64,000 bases of DNA, taken from NCBI GenBank assembly GCA_963699755.1, contig CAVOVB010000001.1:64001-128000 (forward strand), in the 5' to 3' direction. Every line of letters begins with the position of its first letter. The stretch's first letter is position 1. The position numbers and the translations under genes are program-made. Shown in pieces: positions 8,724-18,579 of the stretch. This DNA comes from an uncultured delta proteobacterium. Lineage in GTDB: Bacteria; Myxococcota_A; Polyangia; Polyangiales; Houyiibacteriaceae. The notes under the pieces are model-generated. The model made no database searches. It was not told the DNA's origin and saw nothing but the letters and a program-made list of their open reading frames with translations.

Positions 8724-11233
8724 GCGCACTCGATCGGTACCTCGATGACCTCGGCGAGAACGTCGACGGCGACACGCTCCTGACGCGCTTCTTGGAGTAT
8801 TCAAGCGACCAGGGTTTCGAGCTTTACCCGGCGCAAGAAGAAGCGGTGATGGAGCTGTTCGTCGGGAACAACGTGATTCTCAACACGCCGACGGGGTCCG
8901 GGAAGTCACTGGTGGCGCTGGCCGCGCACTTCCGCTCGGTCGCGCTCGGGGAGCGCTCGTTCTACACGGCGCCGATCAAGGCGCTCGTGAGCGAGAAGTT
9001 CTTCGACCTCTGCAGGGTGCTCGGGCCAGAGCGCGTTGGCATGATGACCGGCGACGCGACGGTCAATCGTGATGCGCCCGTCATCTGTTGCACTGCGGAG
9101 ATTCTCGCGAACATGGCCTTGAGAGAAGGCGAGCGAGCGGCCGTCGACAGCGTCGTAATGGACGAGTTTCACTTTTACGCCGACCGGGACCGCGGCGTCG
9201 CCTGGCAGATCCCGCTCCTCGCCCTCCCCCAGGCGCGCTTCCTTCTCATGAGCGCAACACTCGGCGAGACCCGGCAGTTCGAGGAAGCGATGACGGAGCT
9301 GACCGGCGTCACCACCACCCTGGTGAAGAGCAACGAGCGACCGGTGCCGCTCGACTTCAGCTACAGCGAAGAGACCTTGCAGAACGCGGTGGTCGACCTG
9401 CTCGAGGCCGGCAAGGGACCAATTTACGTGGTGCACTTCGCGCAGCGCGCCGCGACGGAGCAAGCCCAGAGCTTCATGAGCATCGACTTCCTCTCAAAGG
9501 ACGAGAAGCGCGCACTCAAAGAGGACCTCAGCGGAACGCGCTTCGACACACCGTTCGGCAAGGAGCTCAAAAAATTCCTCCACCACGGGGTCGGCGTGCA
9601 TCACGCCGGCATGCTTCCGCGCTACCGGCGTCTGGTCGAACGGCTCGCCCAAGAAGGGAAGCTCCACGTCATTTGCGGGACCGATACCCTCGGAGTCGGA
9701 GTAAACGTCCCGATTCGAACGGTCCTCTTCACCAAGCTCTGCAAGTACGACGGCGAGAAGACCAAAGTGCTGAGCGTCCGCGACTTCAAGCAAATCGCAG
9801 GGCGTGCCGGCCGCCGAGGCTTCGACACGCTCGGAAGCGTCGTCGCGCAGGCACCCGAGCACGTGATTGAAAACAAGAAGCTACGGGCCAAGGCGGGCGG
9901 CGACCCGAAAAAGGAGCGCAAGCTCAAGATGCGGCAAGCGCCGGAGCGTGGCTACGCGCACTGGGACGCAGAGACCTTCACGCGGCTCCAAGAATCGCCC
10001 CCCGAGCCGCTCCGGTCTCGCTTTCGGGTGAGCAACGCGATGATCCTCAACCTCTTCGAGCGGGAAGACAACGGCTGCCTTGCGCTTCGCCAGCTCATTC
10101 GCAAGAGCCACGAAGGGCTGAAATCCAAGTATAAGCACGGGCGTCATGCCATTGCCTTGATTCGCTCTCTCCGCGACGCCGGCGTCATCGAGCTGAACGG
10201 AGAAGGGCCGCGCGTTCACGAAGACTTCCAGTCCGACTTTTCTCTCAACCAAGCGCTCTCGCTTTACGTCGTCGAAGCGGTCGACGTGCTCGACAAGGAC
10301 GACCCAGACTACCCGCTCGACGTCCTGACCCTGGTGGAAGCCACGCTCGAAGACCCCTTGGCGGTTCTTTACCGGCAGACCGACACCCTCAAAGGGCGCG
10401 CGGTCGCCGCGATGAAAGCCGAAGGGATGGAGTATGACGAGCGCATGGCCGAGCTCGAGAAGATCGAATACCCCAAACCCAAAGCCGATCTGCTCCAGGC
10501 GACCTACGAGGTCTTCGCCGAGCATCATCCCTGGGTCGGGGGCGACGTGCTCCGGCCGAAGTCCGTTGCGCGCGACATGTACGAGCTTGGCATGAGCTTC
10601 GTGGAGTACGTCAAAGAGTACGGGCTTCAACGCTCCGAAGGCGTCTTGCTTCGCTACCTGACCGACGCCTACAAGGGCTTCGTCCAGACCGTCCCCGAAT
10701 CGGCCAAGACCGACGCGCTCTACGACGTCTCCGACTGGCTCGGCCTCACCGTCCGCTCGGTCGATGCAAGCCTTCTCGACGAGTGGGAGCAGCTCCAGGC
10801 CCCCGACGACGAGGTGCTCATGCCGGTCGCTCGGGACGAGGAACAAGCCGTCGACATCACCAAGGACGAGCGCGGGTTTACCACGATGGTGCGAAACGCC
10901 GCCTGGCAAATCGTCCGCTTCCTGGCGTTCAAGCAGTACGAACGGGCCGCCGAGGCCCTGTCCGAAGCTTCGGCGTCCAACGACTGGACCGCCGAGCGCT
11001 TTGCCGAAGCGCTAGCGCCGTATTGGACGGAATATGACGCCATCCAGATCGGCCCCGACGCGCGGAGCAGCGCCCAAATCCAGCTGGAACGTCGCGAATC
11101 CGAGTGGCTGCTCACCCAGATCCTCCTCGACCCGGACGAGCATCGGAGCTGGCACATGCAGTTCCGCATCGACCTCGGAGCCAGTCGAGAAGCGGGCGCG
11201 CCGGTGCTCACGATGCTCAGCCTCGGCGGCTAG
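8720..11233 (+). CDS. Ski2/HelY-like DEAD/DEAH helicase (DUF3516 C-terminus)
   Basis: TPTGSGKS, PIKAL, DEFH, SAT, HHAG, QIAGRAGRRG; ATG 8720 overlaps the VOC stop (ATGA). Confidence 0.92.
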   Translation: MSALDRYLDDLGENVDGDTLLTRFLEYSSDQGFELYPAQEEAVMELFVGNNVILNTPTGSGKSLVALAAHFRSVALGERSFYTAPIKALVSEKFFDLCRVLGPERVGMMTGDATVNRDAPVICCTAEILANMALREGERAAVDSVVMDEFHFYADRDRGVAWQIPLLALPQARFLLMSATLGETRQFEEAMTELTGVTTTLVKSNERPVPLDFSYSEETLQNAVVDLLEAGKGPIYVVHFAQRAATEQAQSFMSIDFLSKDEKRALKEDLSGTRFDTPFGKELKKFLHHGVGVHHAGMLPRYRRLVERLAQEGKLHVICGTDTLGVGVNVPIRTVLFTKLCKYDGEKTKVLSVRDFKQIAGRAGRRGFDTLGSVVAQAPEHVIENKKLRAKAGGDPKKERKLKMRQAPERGYAHWDAETFTRLQESPPEPLRSRFRVSNAMILNLFEREDNGCLALRQLIRKSHEGLKSKYKHGRHAIALIRSLRDAGVIELNGEGPRVHEDFQSDFSLNQALSLYVVEAVDVLDKDDPDYPLDVLTLVEATLEDPLAVLYRQTDTLKGRAVAAMKAEGMEYDERMAELEKIEYPKPKADLLQATYEVFAEHHPWVGGDVLRPKSVARDMYELGMSFVEYVKEYGLQRSEGVLLRYLTDAYKGFVQTVPESAKTDALYDVSDWLGLTVRSVDASLLDEWEQLQAPDDEVLMPVARDEEQAVDITKDERGFTTMVRNAAWQIVRFLAFKQYERAAEALSEASASNDWTAERFAEALAPYWTEYDAIQIGPDARSSAQIQLERRESEWLLTQILLDPDEHRSWHMQFRIDLGASREAGAPVLTMLSLGG

Positions 11234-12579
11234 GCAGCGCCGTCTTCCTTGGCTTCGAGCAAGTCGACCGGCGAGCCCTCCGGCAGGTCGAGCATCGCCG
11301 TGGCCGCCTCGCCCGGAAGCTCTTCGACGTTGCGGAGCTTTTTCTCCATCGCCCGGGTGCGTCGGCCGGTCTCGTCGATGGTCCGGCCGGCGCTATCGAG
11401 CTGTCGCTTCACCTTGTCGAGCACGTCCCCGAACTTCCCAAACTCGTGCTTGACCGCGCCGAGCACCTTCCAGACCTCGCTCGAGCGCTGCTCGATGGCA
11501 AGCGTCCGAAACCCGATACGAAGGCTGTTGAGCACGGCCGCCAAGGTCGTCGGCCCCGCTACCACGATGCGATGCTCGCGCTGCAAGCGCTCGACCAGGC
11601 CCGGGTGGCGAAGCACCTCGGAGTAGAGGCCTTCGGTCGGTAGAAACAGAATCGCAAAGTCGGTCGTCAACGGTGGGTTCAGGTACTTCCCGCCCACGTC
11701 CTTTGCCGAATCTTGAACCGAGCGGACGAGCGCATTGTGCGCCTGCTGTACGGCCACGGCGTCGCCGTCTTCGCTCGCCTCGACCAGCCGCAAGTAATCT
11801 TCCTGCGGAAACTTCGAGTCGATGGGAAGCCAGACACACTGGGCGGGGTCCTCGCTCGGCCCCGGCAGCCGAATTGCAAACTCGACGATGTCGCGTGAGT
11901 CCGGCCGCGTCTTCACGTTTCGGTCGAACTGCTCGGGAGTGAGAATCTGATCGAGCAGCGCACCGAGCTGCACCTCGCCCCAGGTTCCACGTGTCTTGAC
12001 GTTGGTGAGGACCTTCTTGAGGTCGCCGACCCCGCTCGCGAGGCTTCGCATCTCGCCGAGCCCCTTCTGCACCGCCTCGAGCCGATCCCCGACCAGCTTG
12101 AACGACTCGCCCAGGCGTTTCTCGAGCGTGCTCTGGAGCTTCTCGTCGACCACCTCGCGCATCTGCTCGAGCTTGCGTTCGTTGCTGCTCCGAAGCTCCT
12201 GAAGCCGACCGTCGACCGTCTCCTGCAAGTGCTTGAGGCCGGACTGGTTGGAGTCGGTCAGCCCCTTGAGCTGCAAGGTGAACGCCTCGAATTTCTTGGT
12301 TTGCGAATCGCCGATCTGGGAAATCGTCTTGACCAGGGTCTCGGTGCTGGCCTGATGCGTCCCGGAAACCTCGCGCCGAAGCTCGCTCGCCGCGGCCGAC
12401 GACTCCTCACGCGAAGCCCGAAGCTCGGCCCGAAGCAGGCGAGCGGTCTCGGCGCGGTCCTCGGCCTCGGCCTGCGCAATCGCCGCCGAATCGCCGGCCC
12501 TCCTCTTGAGGAGCACGAGCGTGACGACGAGATTGATGACCAGCAAGATCACCACAGCCACCAAGAGCGGATCTACCAT
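11230..12579 (-). CDS. rmuC: DNA recombination protein RmuC
   Basis: N-terminal TM plus coiled coil; KTRGTWGE, IDSKFP, TDFAILFLPTEGLY, GPTTL. Confidence 0.93.
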   Translation of the reverse strand: MVDPLLVAVVILLVINLVVTLVLLKRRAGDSAAIAQAEAEDRAETARLLRAELRASREESSAAASELRREVSGTHQASTETLVKTISQIGDSQTKKFEAFTLQLKGLTDSNQSGLKHLQETVDGRLQELRSSNERKLEQMREVVDEKLQSTLEKRLGESFKLVGDRLEAVQKGLGEMRSLASGVGDLKKVLTNVKTRGTWGEVQLGALLDQILTPEQFDRNVKTRPDSRDIVEFAIRLPGPSEDPAQCVWLPIDSKFPQEDYLRLVEASEDGDAVAVQQAHNALVRSVQDSAKDVGGKYLNPPLTTDFAILFLPTEGLYSEVLRHPGLVERLQREHRIVVAGPTTLAAVLNSLRIGFRTLAIEQRSSEVWKVLGAVKHEFGKFGDVLDKVKRQLDSAGRTIDETGRRTRAMEKKLRNVEELPGEAATAMLDLPEGSPVDLLEAKEDGAA

Positions 12580-12664
12580 CCAAGAATCCCCCGAACAACG
12601 AGCCAGGGCCGAGCCTAGCACCATCGGCACGAGCTGAGCAGCGCTGATTGGGGCAAGCGCGAAC

Positions 12665-13582
12665 ATGCTACGCTCCCCGCTGCCTATGCCAAATGGGGGT
12701 CAGCCGAACGAGGAGCTCAAAGCACTCCTACCTGCATCGATCGCGGTCCGGTTCGAAGAGATGTTCCCGAACGTCCGCAATGGCCGCATCAGAAGGCGCG
12801 ACCGCAAGCGCGCCCAGATGTTACGAAAAGCCGAGCCGGTGCTGCAACGCGTGATGAACCCCATGGAGGTCGTGCGCTTCGTCACCAACGGCGTCCGGCA
12901 ACTGAGCTGGTGGCTCCTCACTGCGGGCTCGATGAACCCCTTCGCCAACCGCACGACCCTGGTGCTCACCGACCGGCGCATCCTCTTGATCCACACCGAC
13001 GCGAAGCAGCGCCCGCGCATGTTCGCCAACCAGCTCCCCCTCGATCGCATTCGCGCCACCGCGGGCCGCAACAGCTACATCTTCATTCGCACCGGACGCG
13101 AGCAGCTCATGTTCCACGGCGTGAAGCGATCAGAAGCCCGGCAGCTCAAGGGCCTGCTCGAATCGACCGCCACCAAGAAGGGTGGCTGGCAAAACCTCTG
13201 CCCCCGTTGCTTCACCGCAACCGACGATGCGCCGACAACTTGCGCGAACTGCGGCGAGGTATTCAAGAGCCCCAAGAAGGCCGCGCTCCGTTCACTGTTC
13301 TTGCCCGGCCTGGGTGACTTCTACCTCGGCTACCGCATCTACGGGCTGCTCGAAATCATGGGCGTCACCCTCCTCTGGGCGCTCTTCTTGAGCACGCTCA
13401 TCCCTTCGATCATGCGCAGAGGTTTCGACGGTCTGGTCGTTGCTGCGCCGATCTTCGCCCTCCTCGCACTTGTCCACATCGGCGACGCCGTTCTCACCCG
13501 CGCCAAAGCCCGAACCGGTCTTCACTCCAAAGACGGGGCGCTCCCGACCGGGGATCTTGGCAGCCTGGGTCCCGATTCGTGA
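12665..13582 (+). CDS. Membrane protein: PH-like domain + zinc ribbon + TM2-like helices
   Basis: LVLTDRRILL; CPRC...CANC; SLFLPGLGDFYLG followed by TMs. Confidence 0.7.
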   Translation: MLRSPLPMPNGGQPNEELKALLPASIAVRFEEMFPNVRNGRIRRRDRKRAQMLRKAEPVLQRVMNPMEVVRFVTNGVRQLSWWLLTAGSMNPFANRTTLVLTDRRILLIHTDAKQRPRMFANQLPLDRIRATAGRNSYIFIRTGREQLMFHGVKRSEARQLKGLLESTATKKGGWQNLCPRCFTATDDAPTTCANCGEVFKSPKKAALRSLFLPGLGDFYLGYRIYGLLEIMGVTLLWALFLSTLIPSIMRRGFDGLVVAAPIFALLALVHIGDAVLTRAKARTGLHSKDGALPTGDLGSLGPDS

Positions 13583-13677
13583 CCATGGCTTTGCAAGCGA
13601 AGATACGTAGCTTTTCCCGGTTGCATTCCCGGGCGCTCCGGTTGTAAGGATGCGACTTGCATTAATGGAGGCAGTCC

Positions 13678-14712
13678 ATGCAGGAAGAAGAGCTCGATCC
13701 AACCCACATCATGCAAGTCGGCATGGGCTTTTTCGGCTCTCGAACCCTCCTCACAGCGGTCGAGCTCGGCCTATTCACCGAGCTCGGCACTGGCAAGATG
13801 ACGGGCGCGCAGATCGCCAAGCGTCTGGGCCTGCACCCACGCGCGATTCCAGACTTTCCGGACGCCCTGGTTGCACTCGGACTTCTGCGCCGAGACGGCG
13901 ACGGGCCTGACGCGCTCTACGGAAACACGGTCGAGACGGCGGTCTTCCTCGACAAGGAGGGACCGAACTACATCGGCGGCATTCTCGAGATGTCCAGCAG
14001 CCGCCTCTATGGCTTTTGGAACCACCTCACCGAAGCACTCAAGACAGGCCAACCACAAAACGAAGTCAAAGAATCAGGCGAACCGATGTTCGCCAAGCTC
14101 TACGCCGCGCCCGAGCGACTCGAGCAGTTCATGAACGCCATGGCGGGCGTGTCGGCGGGTAACTTCAAGGCGCTCGCAAAGAAGTTCGACTTCTCGAATT
14201 ACAAGACCCTTTGCGACGTGGGCGGTGCAACTGGCCAGCTTTCTTGCATGGTCGCGGCAGAAAACCCACACATGCACTGCGTCAGCGCGGATCTCCCGGA
14301 GGTCGAGCCCATTGCCAAGAGACGCATCGAAGAGGCCGGCCTGCCGCATCGGGTCTCCACCGCGGCCATCGACTTCTTCAAGGATCCCCTTCCCAAAGCC
14401 GACGTCATCACCATGGGCATGATCCTCCACGACTGGAACCTCGAAAAGAAGAAGCACCTCATCAAGCTGGCATACGACGCCTTACCGCCTGGCGGCGCGT
14501 TCATCGTCGTCGAAGCGCTGATCGACGACGCCCGACGAGAAAACTCTTTCGGCCTCTTGATGTCGCTCAACATGCTCATCGAGTTCGGCGACGCCTTCGA
14601 CTACTCGGGCGCCGATTTCAAAGAATGGTGTCGCGAAGCGGGCTTCGACCGCTTTGAAATCATCCCGCTTGCCGGCCCATCGTCTGCTGCCGTGGCATAC
14701 AAGCCCGAGTAG
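13678..14712 (+). CDS. SAM-dependent O-methyltransferase (Methyltransf_2 with dimerisation domain)
   Basis: AVELGLF, DVGGATG, IDFF, ILHDW; RBS GGAGG. Confidence 0.92.
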   Translation: MQEEELDPTHIMQVGMGFFGSRTLLTAVELGLFTELGTGKMTGAQIAKRLGLHPRAIPDFPDALVALGLLRRDGDGPDALYGNTVETAVFLDKEGPNYIGGILEMSSSRLYGFWNHLTEALKTGQPQNEVKESGEPMFAKLYAAPERLEQFMNAMAGVSAGNFKALAKKFDFSNYKTLCDVGGATGQLSCMVAAENPHMHCVSADLPEVEPIAKRRIEEAGLPHRVSTAAIDFFKDPLPKADVITMGMILHDWNLEKKKHLIKLAYDALPPGGAFIVVEALIDDARRENSFGLLMSLNMLIEFGDAFDYSGADFKEWCREAGFDRFEIIPLAGPSSAAVAYKPE

Positions 14713-14714
14713 CG

Positions 14715-14930
14715 ATGCTGGACCCGGCGTATCTGGTGGCCTCCCTCCTCGTCAGCAGCGTGGGTTTCGTCATGTTCGTGTATGGCAAGAAGCAGCACCG
14801 GCCGGTCCAGTTGGGCGCGGGCCTGCTCCTCTTGCTCCTTCCCTTCCTTCTACGCGACGGCGTCTGGTTGGGCCTGGCTGGCGCTGTCGTCACCACGATG
14901 GTCTGGGGTGCGGTCAAGGCCGGGCTTTAG
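14715..14930 (+). CDS. Small membrane protein
   Basis: Three hydrophobic segments, YGKKQ; 2 bp after the methyltransferase stop. Confidence 0.7.
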   Translation: MLDPAYLVASLLVSSVGFVMFVYGKKQHRPVQLGAGLLLLLLPFLLRDGVWLGLAGAVVTTMVWGAVKAGL

Positions 14931-14971
14931 GAGCCTTGTGCATTGGGGTTCGCCGGTCTATTGAAACGCCG

Positions 14972-15478
14972 ATGATCTTTGGTAGCAAGGAGAAGTCGAA
15001 AAAGGAGACCGCGCAGGCGCGCGACCGTCTCGCCCGGATCGTCGAGCAGTTCCTGGCGGATGCCGACGACGCGACGCGACGCATCGTCACCGCGGTCGCT
15101 GGCTTGCTCGCCAAAGTCGCTTACGCCGATGGGCACTATTCGACCCAGGAAGAAGAGGCGATCCAGAAGGAGCTCAGCCGTGTGCACGGCCTCAGCCCAG
15201 CCGGCGTCGACGCGATCTGTGGCCTCTTGGCTGACCAGATCAGCCACGTTGCCCTTCTCGGCGACCACGACTGGACCCGCGACCTACGAGAGCTCGCCGA
15301 TCGAGAGCTCCGCCTCGAAGTCCTCGAAGTCCTCATCGAGATGGCCGTCGCCGACCAGGTGCTCAAGCACGACGAACAAGCCCAACTCCGCCGCATCGCC
15401 AAGGCACTAAGTCTCACTCAAGACGACTACAACGCGCTCCAGGCAAAGCACCGCGACAAGCTATCGACGCTCGGCTAG
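14972..15478 (+). CDS. TerB-family protein
   Basis: AYADG...EE and AVAD...DE repeated metal-binding motifs. Confidence 0.85.
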   Translation: MIFGSKEKSKKETAQARDRLARIVEQFLADADDATRRIVTAVAGLLAKVAYADGHYSTQEEEAIQKELSRVHGLSPAGVDAICGLLADQISHVALLGDHDWTRDLRELADRELRLEVLEVLIEMAVADQVLKHDEQAQLRRIAKALSLTQDDYNALQAKHRDKLSTLG

Positions 15479-15493
15479 CGGAGCCACACGCCC

Positions 15494-15883
15494 TTAGCGC
15501 ATCTGTCCGAGCATCTGCTTCATCAAGCCATGAAGCAGATTCACCGCCTTGAGCGGACGAATCATCACTTTGAAGTCGTCGATCTTCCCTTCGTCGTTCC
15601 AGTGCACCATGTCGACGCCGTTGATGACGATGCCGTTGATCTCCGCAGTAAACTCGAGCACGGCATCGGACTCGCCGATGACTTCCCGGACGTATTCGAA
15701 GTTGCTGCTGCCAAGCACCATGATCGCCGCGCTCAGGTAGAGCTTGGTCAGCGCCTTGCCCTGTTGCGGCGTGTGCACCACGGGTGAGTGAAAGACGGCG
15801 TCATCTGCCAGAATCTCGTCCAGCCCAGCCACATCTCTCTCCCGAATCAGCTGGTGCCAAGATTCGATCGCAGGTTTGCCCAT
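15494..15883 (-). CDS. SnoaL-like/NTF2 family protein
   Basis: LADDAVFHSPV, NGVD, VMIRPL. Confidence 0.9.
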   Translation of the reverse strand: MGKPAIESWHQLIRERDVAGLDEILADDAVFHSPVVHTPQQGKALTKLYLSAAIMVLGSSNFEYVREVIGESDAVLEFTAEINGIVINGVDMVHWNDEGKIDDFKVMIRPLKAVNLLHGLMKQMLGQMR

Positions 15884-15904
15884 GCGGCCAACTCTACCTC
15901 ATTT

Positions 15905-17305
15905 TCACATCGTCGCCCCGATCAGATCGTCGAGCGCCGGGCGCAGCGCCTCGCTAATGCAGTGCGGGTCCGGGATCGCCGCGGCGTCCGCGATCACCGC
16001 AAAGGCAATGTCGCCACAGTAGCTCCAGCCCGTGATGTTCAAGCCAATCCCTTCGACCGCGGGGCCGACCGAATAGATCGTGCGCAGGCGCGCTCCCGCT
16101 ACATAGAGCGGGCGATCGGGGCCGCGGACGTTCGAAACGATCAGGTTTGCCGCGGGCGGCAAGACATCGGACAGGCCTGAGTGCGAGAAGGTCTCGAGCG
16201 CCCAGCGGTAGGCGACTGCGGGAGCCGCCTCCGACCAGTCGAGCAAGGTCTCGATTCCGAGCTGACGCTGGATCTCCTTGGACTGTGCGGTCACCACGTT
16301 GATCTTGTGTAAGCGTTCGAGCGGGTCGCGCACGTCGTTGCACAGCGACGTAAACAGATTTGCCACGCGATTTCCAGCCTCGCGCGGCGCACCACCCGGC
16401 GTTGCGACGGCCATCGGCACACTCGCGATCAGGGGCTTTGCAAGCGTCTCTCCGCGAGCCGCGAAGAACCGGTCCAGCGCGCCAGCCACGACGGCCAAGA
16501 CCAGATCGTTGAGCGTCACGCCAGCCGCCTTCTTGACGGCCTTGAGCTCGGCAAGCGGCAAGGAGGCCGTCGCGAAGGAGCGCTCCGGCGACAGCGTGCG
16601 ATTGAACACCGTCCGAGGCGTCACGAAGGGATAGGGAACATCGATGACGCGGTGCTTGAGGTTCCGGAGCACCGCGAGGCTACCGCTGACGGTCCTTTTC
16701 ACGAGTGGGCCAATCGCAACGAGCTGCTCGCGCTGATCGCGGATGGCATCGACCAAGAGCTTGCGTCGAGACGGTATCGGGTCTGTGACAAAGGGCGGGT
16801 TCGGCGCGTCGAGGTCGTTCTCATCAGGCTTGGGGGTCATCACCTTCGCCAGCATGTTGGCCGAGGCGACTCCGTCAGCGAGAGCGTGGTGAATCTTGGT
16901 GACCAAAACGATCCCGCCGTCGGCCAGCCCTTCGAGCAGCCACGTTTCCCAGAGCGGCCGGTCGCGGGGAAGCTGAACGCTTGCGATCTCGGCGATGGCC
17001 TCGTCCATCTCACGCTGCCTGCCGGGCGACGCGATCTTCGAGCGGTAGAGATGACGGCTGATGTTGAAGTGCGGGTCTCTCACCCAGATCGGATGATGCA
17101 GCCCGCCCGGCACCTCGACAGGCCGCCATCGAAGGCGCGGCACCAAGTGGAGCTTGCTCTCCATCGAAATGCGCACGAGGTCGAACACGTCCGCATAGCG
17201 AATCTGCGCGGGGAGGTCGACGACCGCGACCTTGAGCGTGTGCATGTGCACGCTGGGCGTCTCCATATAGAGAAACGAAGCGTCTTGACCTGAAAAACGC
17301 TCCAT
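15905..17305 (-). CDS. Wax ester synthase/diacylglycerol acyltransferase (WS/DGAT)
   Basis: DASFLYMET, RPLWE, KIHHALADG catalytic motif, SNVRGP. Confidence 0.95.
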   Translation of the reverse strand: MERFSGQDASFLYMETPSVHMHTLKVAVVDLPAQIRYADVFDLVRISMESKLHLVPRLRWRPVEVPGGLHHPIWVRDPHFNISRHLYRSKIASPGRQREMDEAIAEIASVQLPRDRPLWETWLLEGLADGGIVLVTKIHHALADGVASANMLAKVMTPKPDENDLDAPNPPFVTDPIPSRRKLLVDAIRDQREQLVAIGPLVKRTVSGSLAVLRNLKHRVIDVPYPFVTPRTVFNRTLSPERSFATASLPLAELKAVKKAAGVTLNDLVLAVVAGALDRFFAARGETLAKPLIASVPMAVATPGGAPREAGNRVANLFTSLCNDVRDPLERLHKINVVTAQSKEIQRQLGIETLLDWSEAAPAVAYRWALETFSHSGLSDVLPPAANLIVSNVRGPDRPLYVAGARLRTIYSVGPAVEGIGLNITGWSYCGDIAFAVIADAAAIPDPHCISEALRPALDDLIGATM

Positions 17306-17312
17306 CTGCGCC

Positions 17313-18527
17313 TCAGTGATCGAGGACGGCGAAGCCCGCCTCGTGAAGCCGATGGTCGACGAAAGGCCCAACCTCGGACGACCAGAAGAAGCTCACGTGC
17401 CCACCGGCGAACCAGCGGATCCCGGGCTGCCCCCAATGCTCCCAGAGGCGTTCGGCCTGCTCGGGGGTCGACACCTTGTCGTCGCTCCCAGCGAAGATAA
17501 AGCGATTCTCGAGCCGGGTGTGCGGCGAGACGGAGAGCGGCGAAACGAGCTCGAACAGCTCCCGTGTGTGCACGCCGAGCACCCCGTTGTCCTCCGCTTC
17601 CTGGCGTTGGTCGACCGGCGCATGGTGCACGAACAAATCCGGAATGTCGCAGACGGGAATGCCTGCAATCACGATGTCGGCGTTTTCGAGACCGGAGAGC
17701 AAGGCCGAAACGTAAGAGCCGATCGACAGGCCATAGAGGCCGATCTTCGTCGCACCCTGAGAGCGTGCCCATTGAATCAAGCGGCGCGTGTCCCACACGG
17801 CCTGCGACACACCGTGAAATGCATCGAGTAGATCAAACGAGAGAAGCGAGGCCACTGGCAGTGCGGCAGGCTTGCGCGGGCCGTGCAGCGGGAGCACCGG
17901 CATCAAGAGGTTGAGCCCGAGCTCGTGGTGTAGCTTCTCGGCACGGAAGCCCGCGAAATCCGCGTAGGGGCCGCCCGTCCCGAGGCCGTGGAGACAGATC
18001 AGCCAAGGCCGCTCCGGGCCGCTGTGGCGAGCCACCCAGGCGTGGGCCACGTGATTGCGGTCGTAGTTGTTCCAGCGCTTGGCCGACGGGTCGTCGGGAG
18101 TCGCTCTGTAGCCGCTCTCAAACGAAAGCCACTCGAATCGCATCGAAGGGTGCCAGGCCGGCTCGAGCGAAATCGCAGCGAGGGGCGGCGGCGGCGCATG
18201 AAAGGCGCTTGGCGCCGCGGGGCGGCCTTTGCGATAGAGCCGATGGGCAGCGGCGATCTCTTCGCCGACTCGGGCGAGGTCGCCTGCCCCTGGGTAGCGA
18301 TGCGGTCGGCTCATGCCCGCCAGGAACAGTCGATCGATCGAGCGCCCCGTGAAGCGGGCGACCCCAGTGTAGGCATTTCTGCGCGAGAGCCGGATGCCTG
18401 CGCCCGCCTCCCGCCTCCCGCCGTGGACAGGCTTACGCTTGTGGGGATGCGGCAATTCGGGTGAAGCCGCCGCGCGCCACGGAAACAACCGGTGAACCAG
18501 ACTCGACCAGAGGCGTGCAGGACCCAT
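17313..18527 (-). CDS. Alpha/beta hydrolase (Rv2627c/ABHD18-like)
   Basis: CLHG, LPLHGPR, GLSIG nucleophile elbow, DDKV, GGH; start uncertain. Confidence 0.82.
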   Translation of the reverse strand: MGPARLWSSLVHRLFPWRAAASPELPHPHKRKPVHGGRREAGAGIRLSRRNAYTGVARFTGRSIDRLFLAGMSRPHRYPGAGDLARVGEEIAAAHRLYRKGRPAAPSAFHAPPPPLAAISLEPAWHPSMRFEWLSFESGYRATPDDPSAKRWNNYDRNHVAHAWVARHSGPERPWLICLHGLGTGGPYADFAGFRAEKLHHELGLNLLMPVLPLHGPRKPAALPVASLLSFDLLDAFHGVSQAVWDTRRLIQWARSQGATKIGLYGLSIGSYVSALLSGLENADIVIAGIPVCDIPDLFVHHAPVDQRQEAEDNGVLGVHTRELFELVSPLSVSPHTRLENRFIFAGSDDKVSTPEQAERLWEHWGQPGIRWFAGGHVSFFWSSEVGPFVDHRLHEAGFAVLDH

Positions 18528-18579
18528 CCATTTCTCCAGTCGATCGAAAATAGAACATGTACTACTTTCGAGCAAGCCG

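Noticed and set aside
8720..12579. Helicase + RmuC as an anti-phage defence pair
   Set aside because: The genes are convergent, both are widespread housekeeping-type families, and there is no defence-island context.
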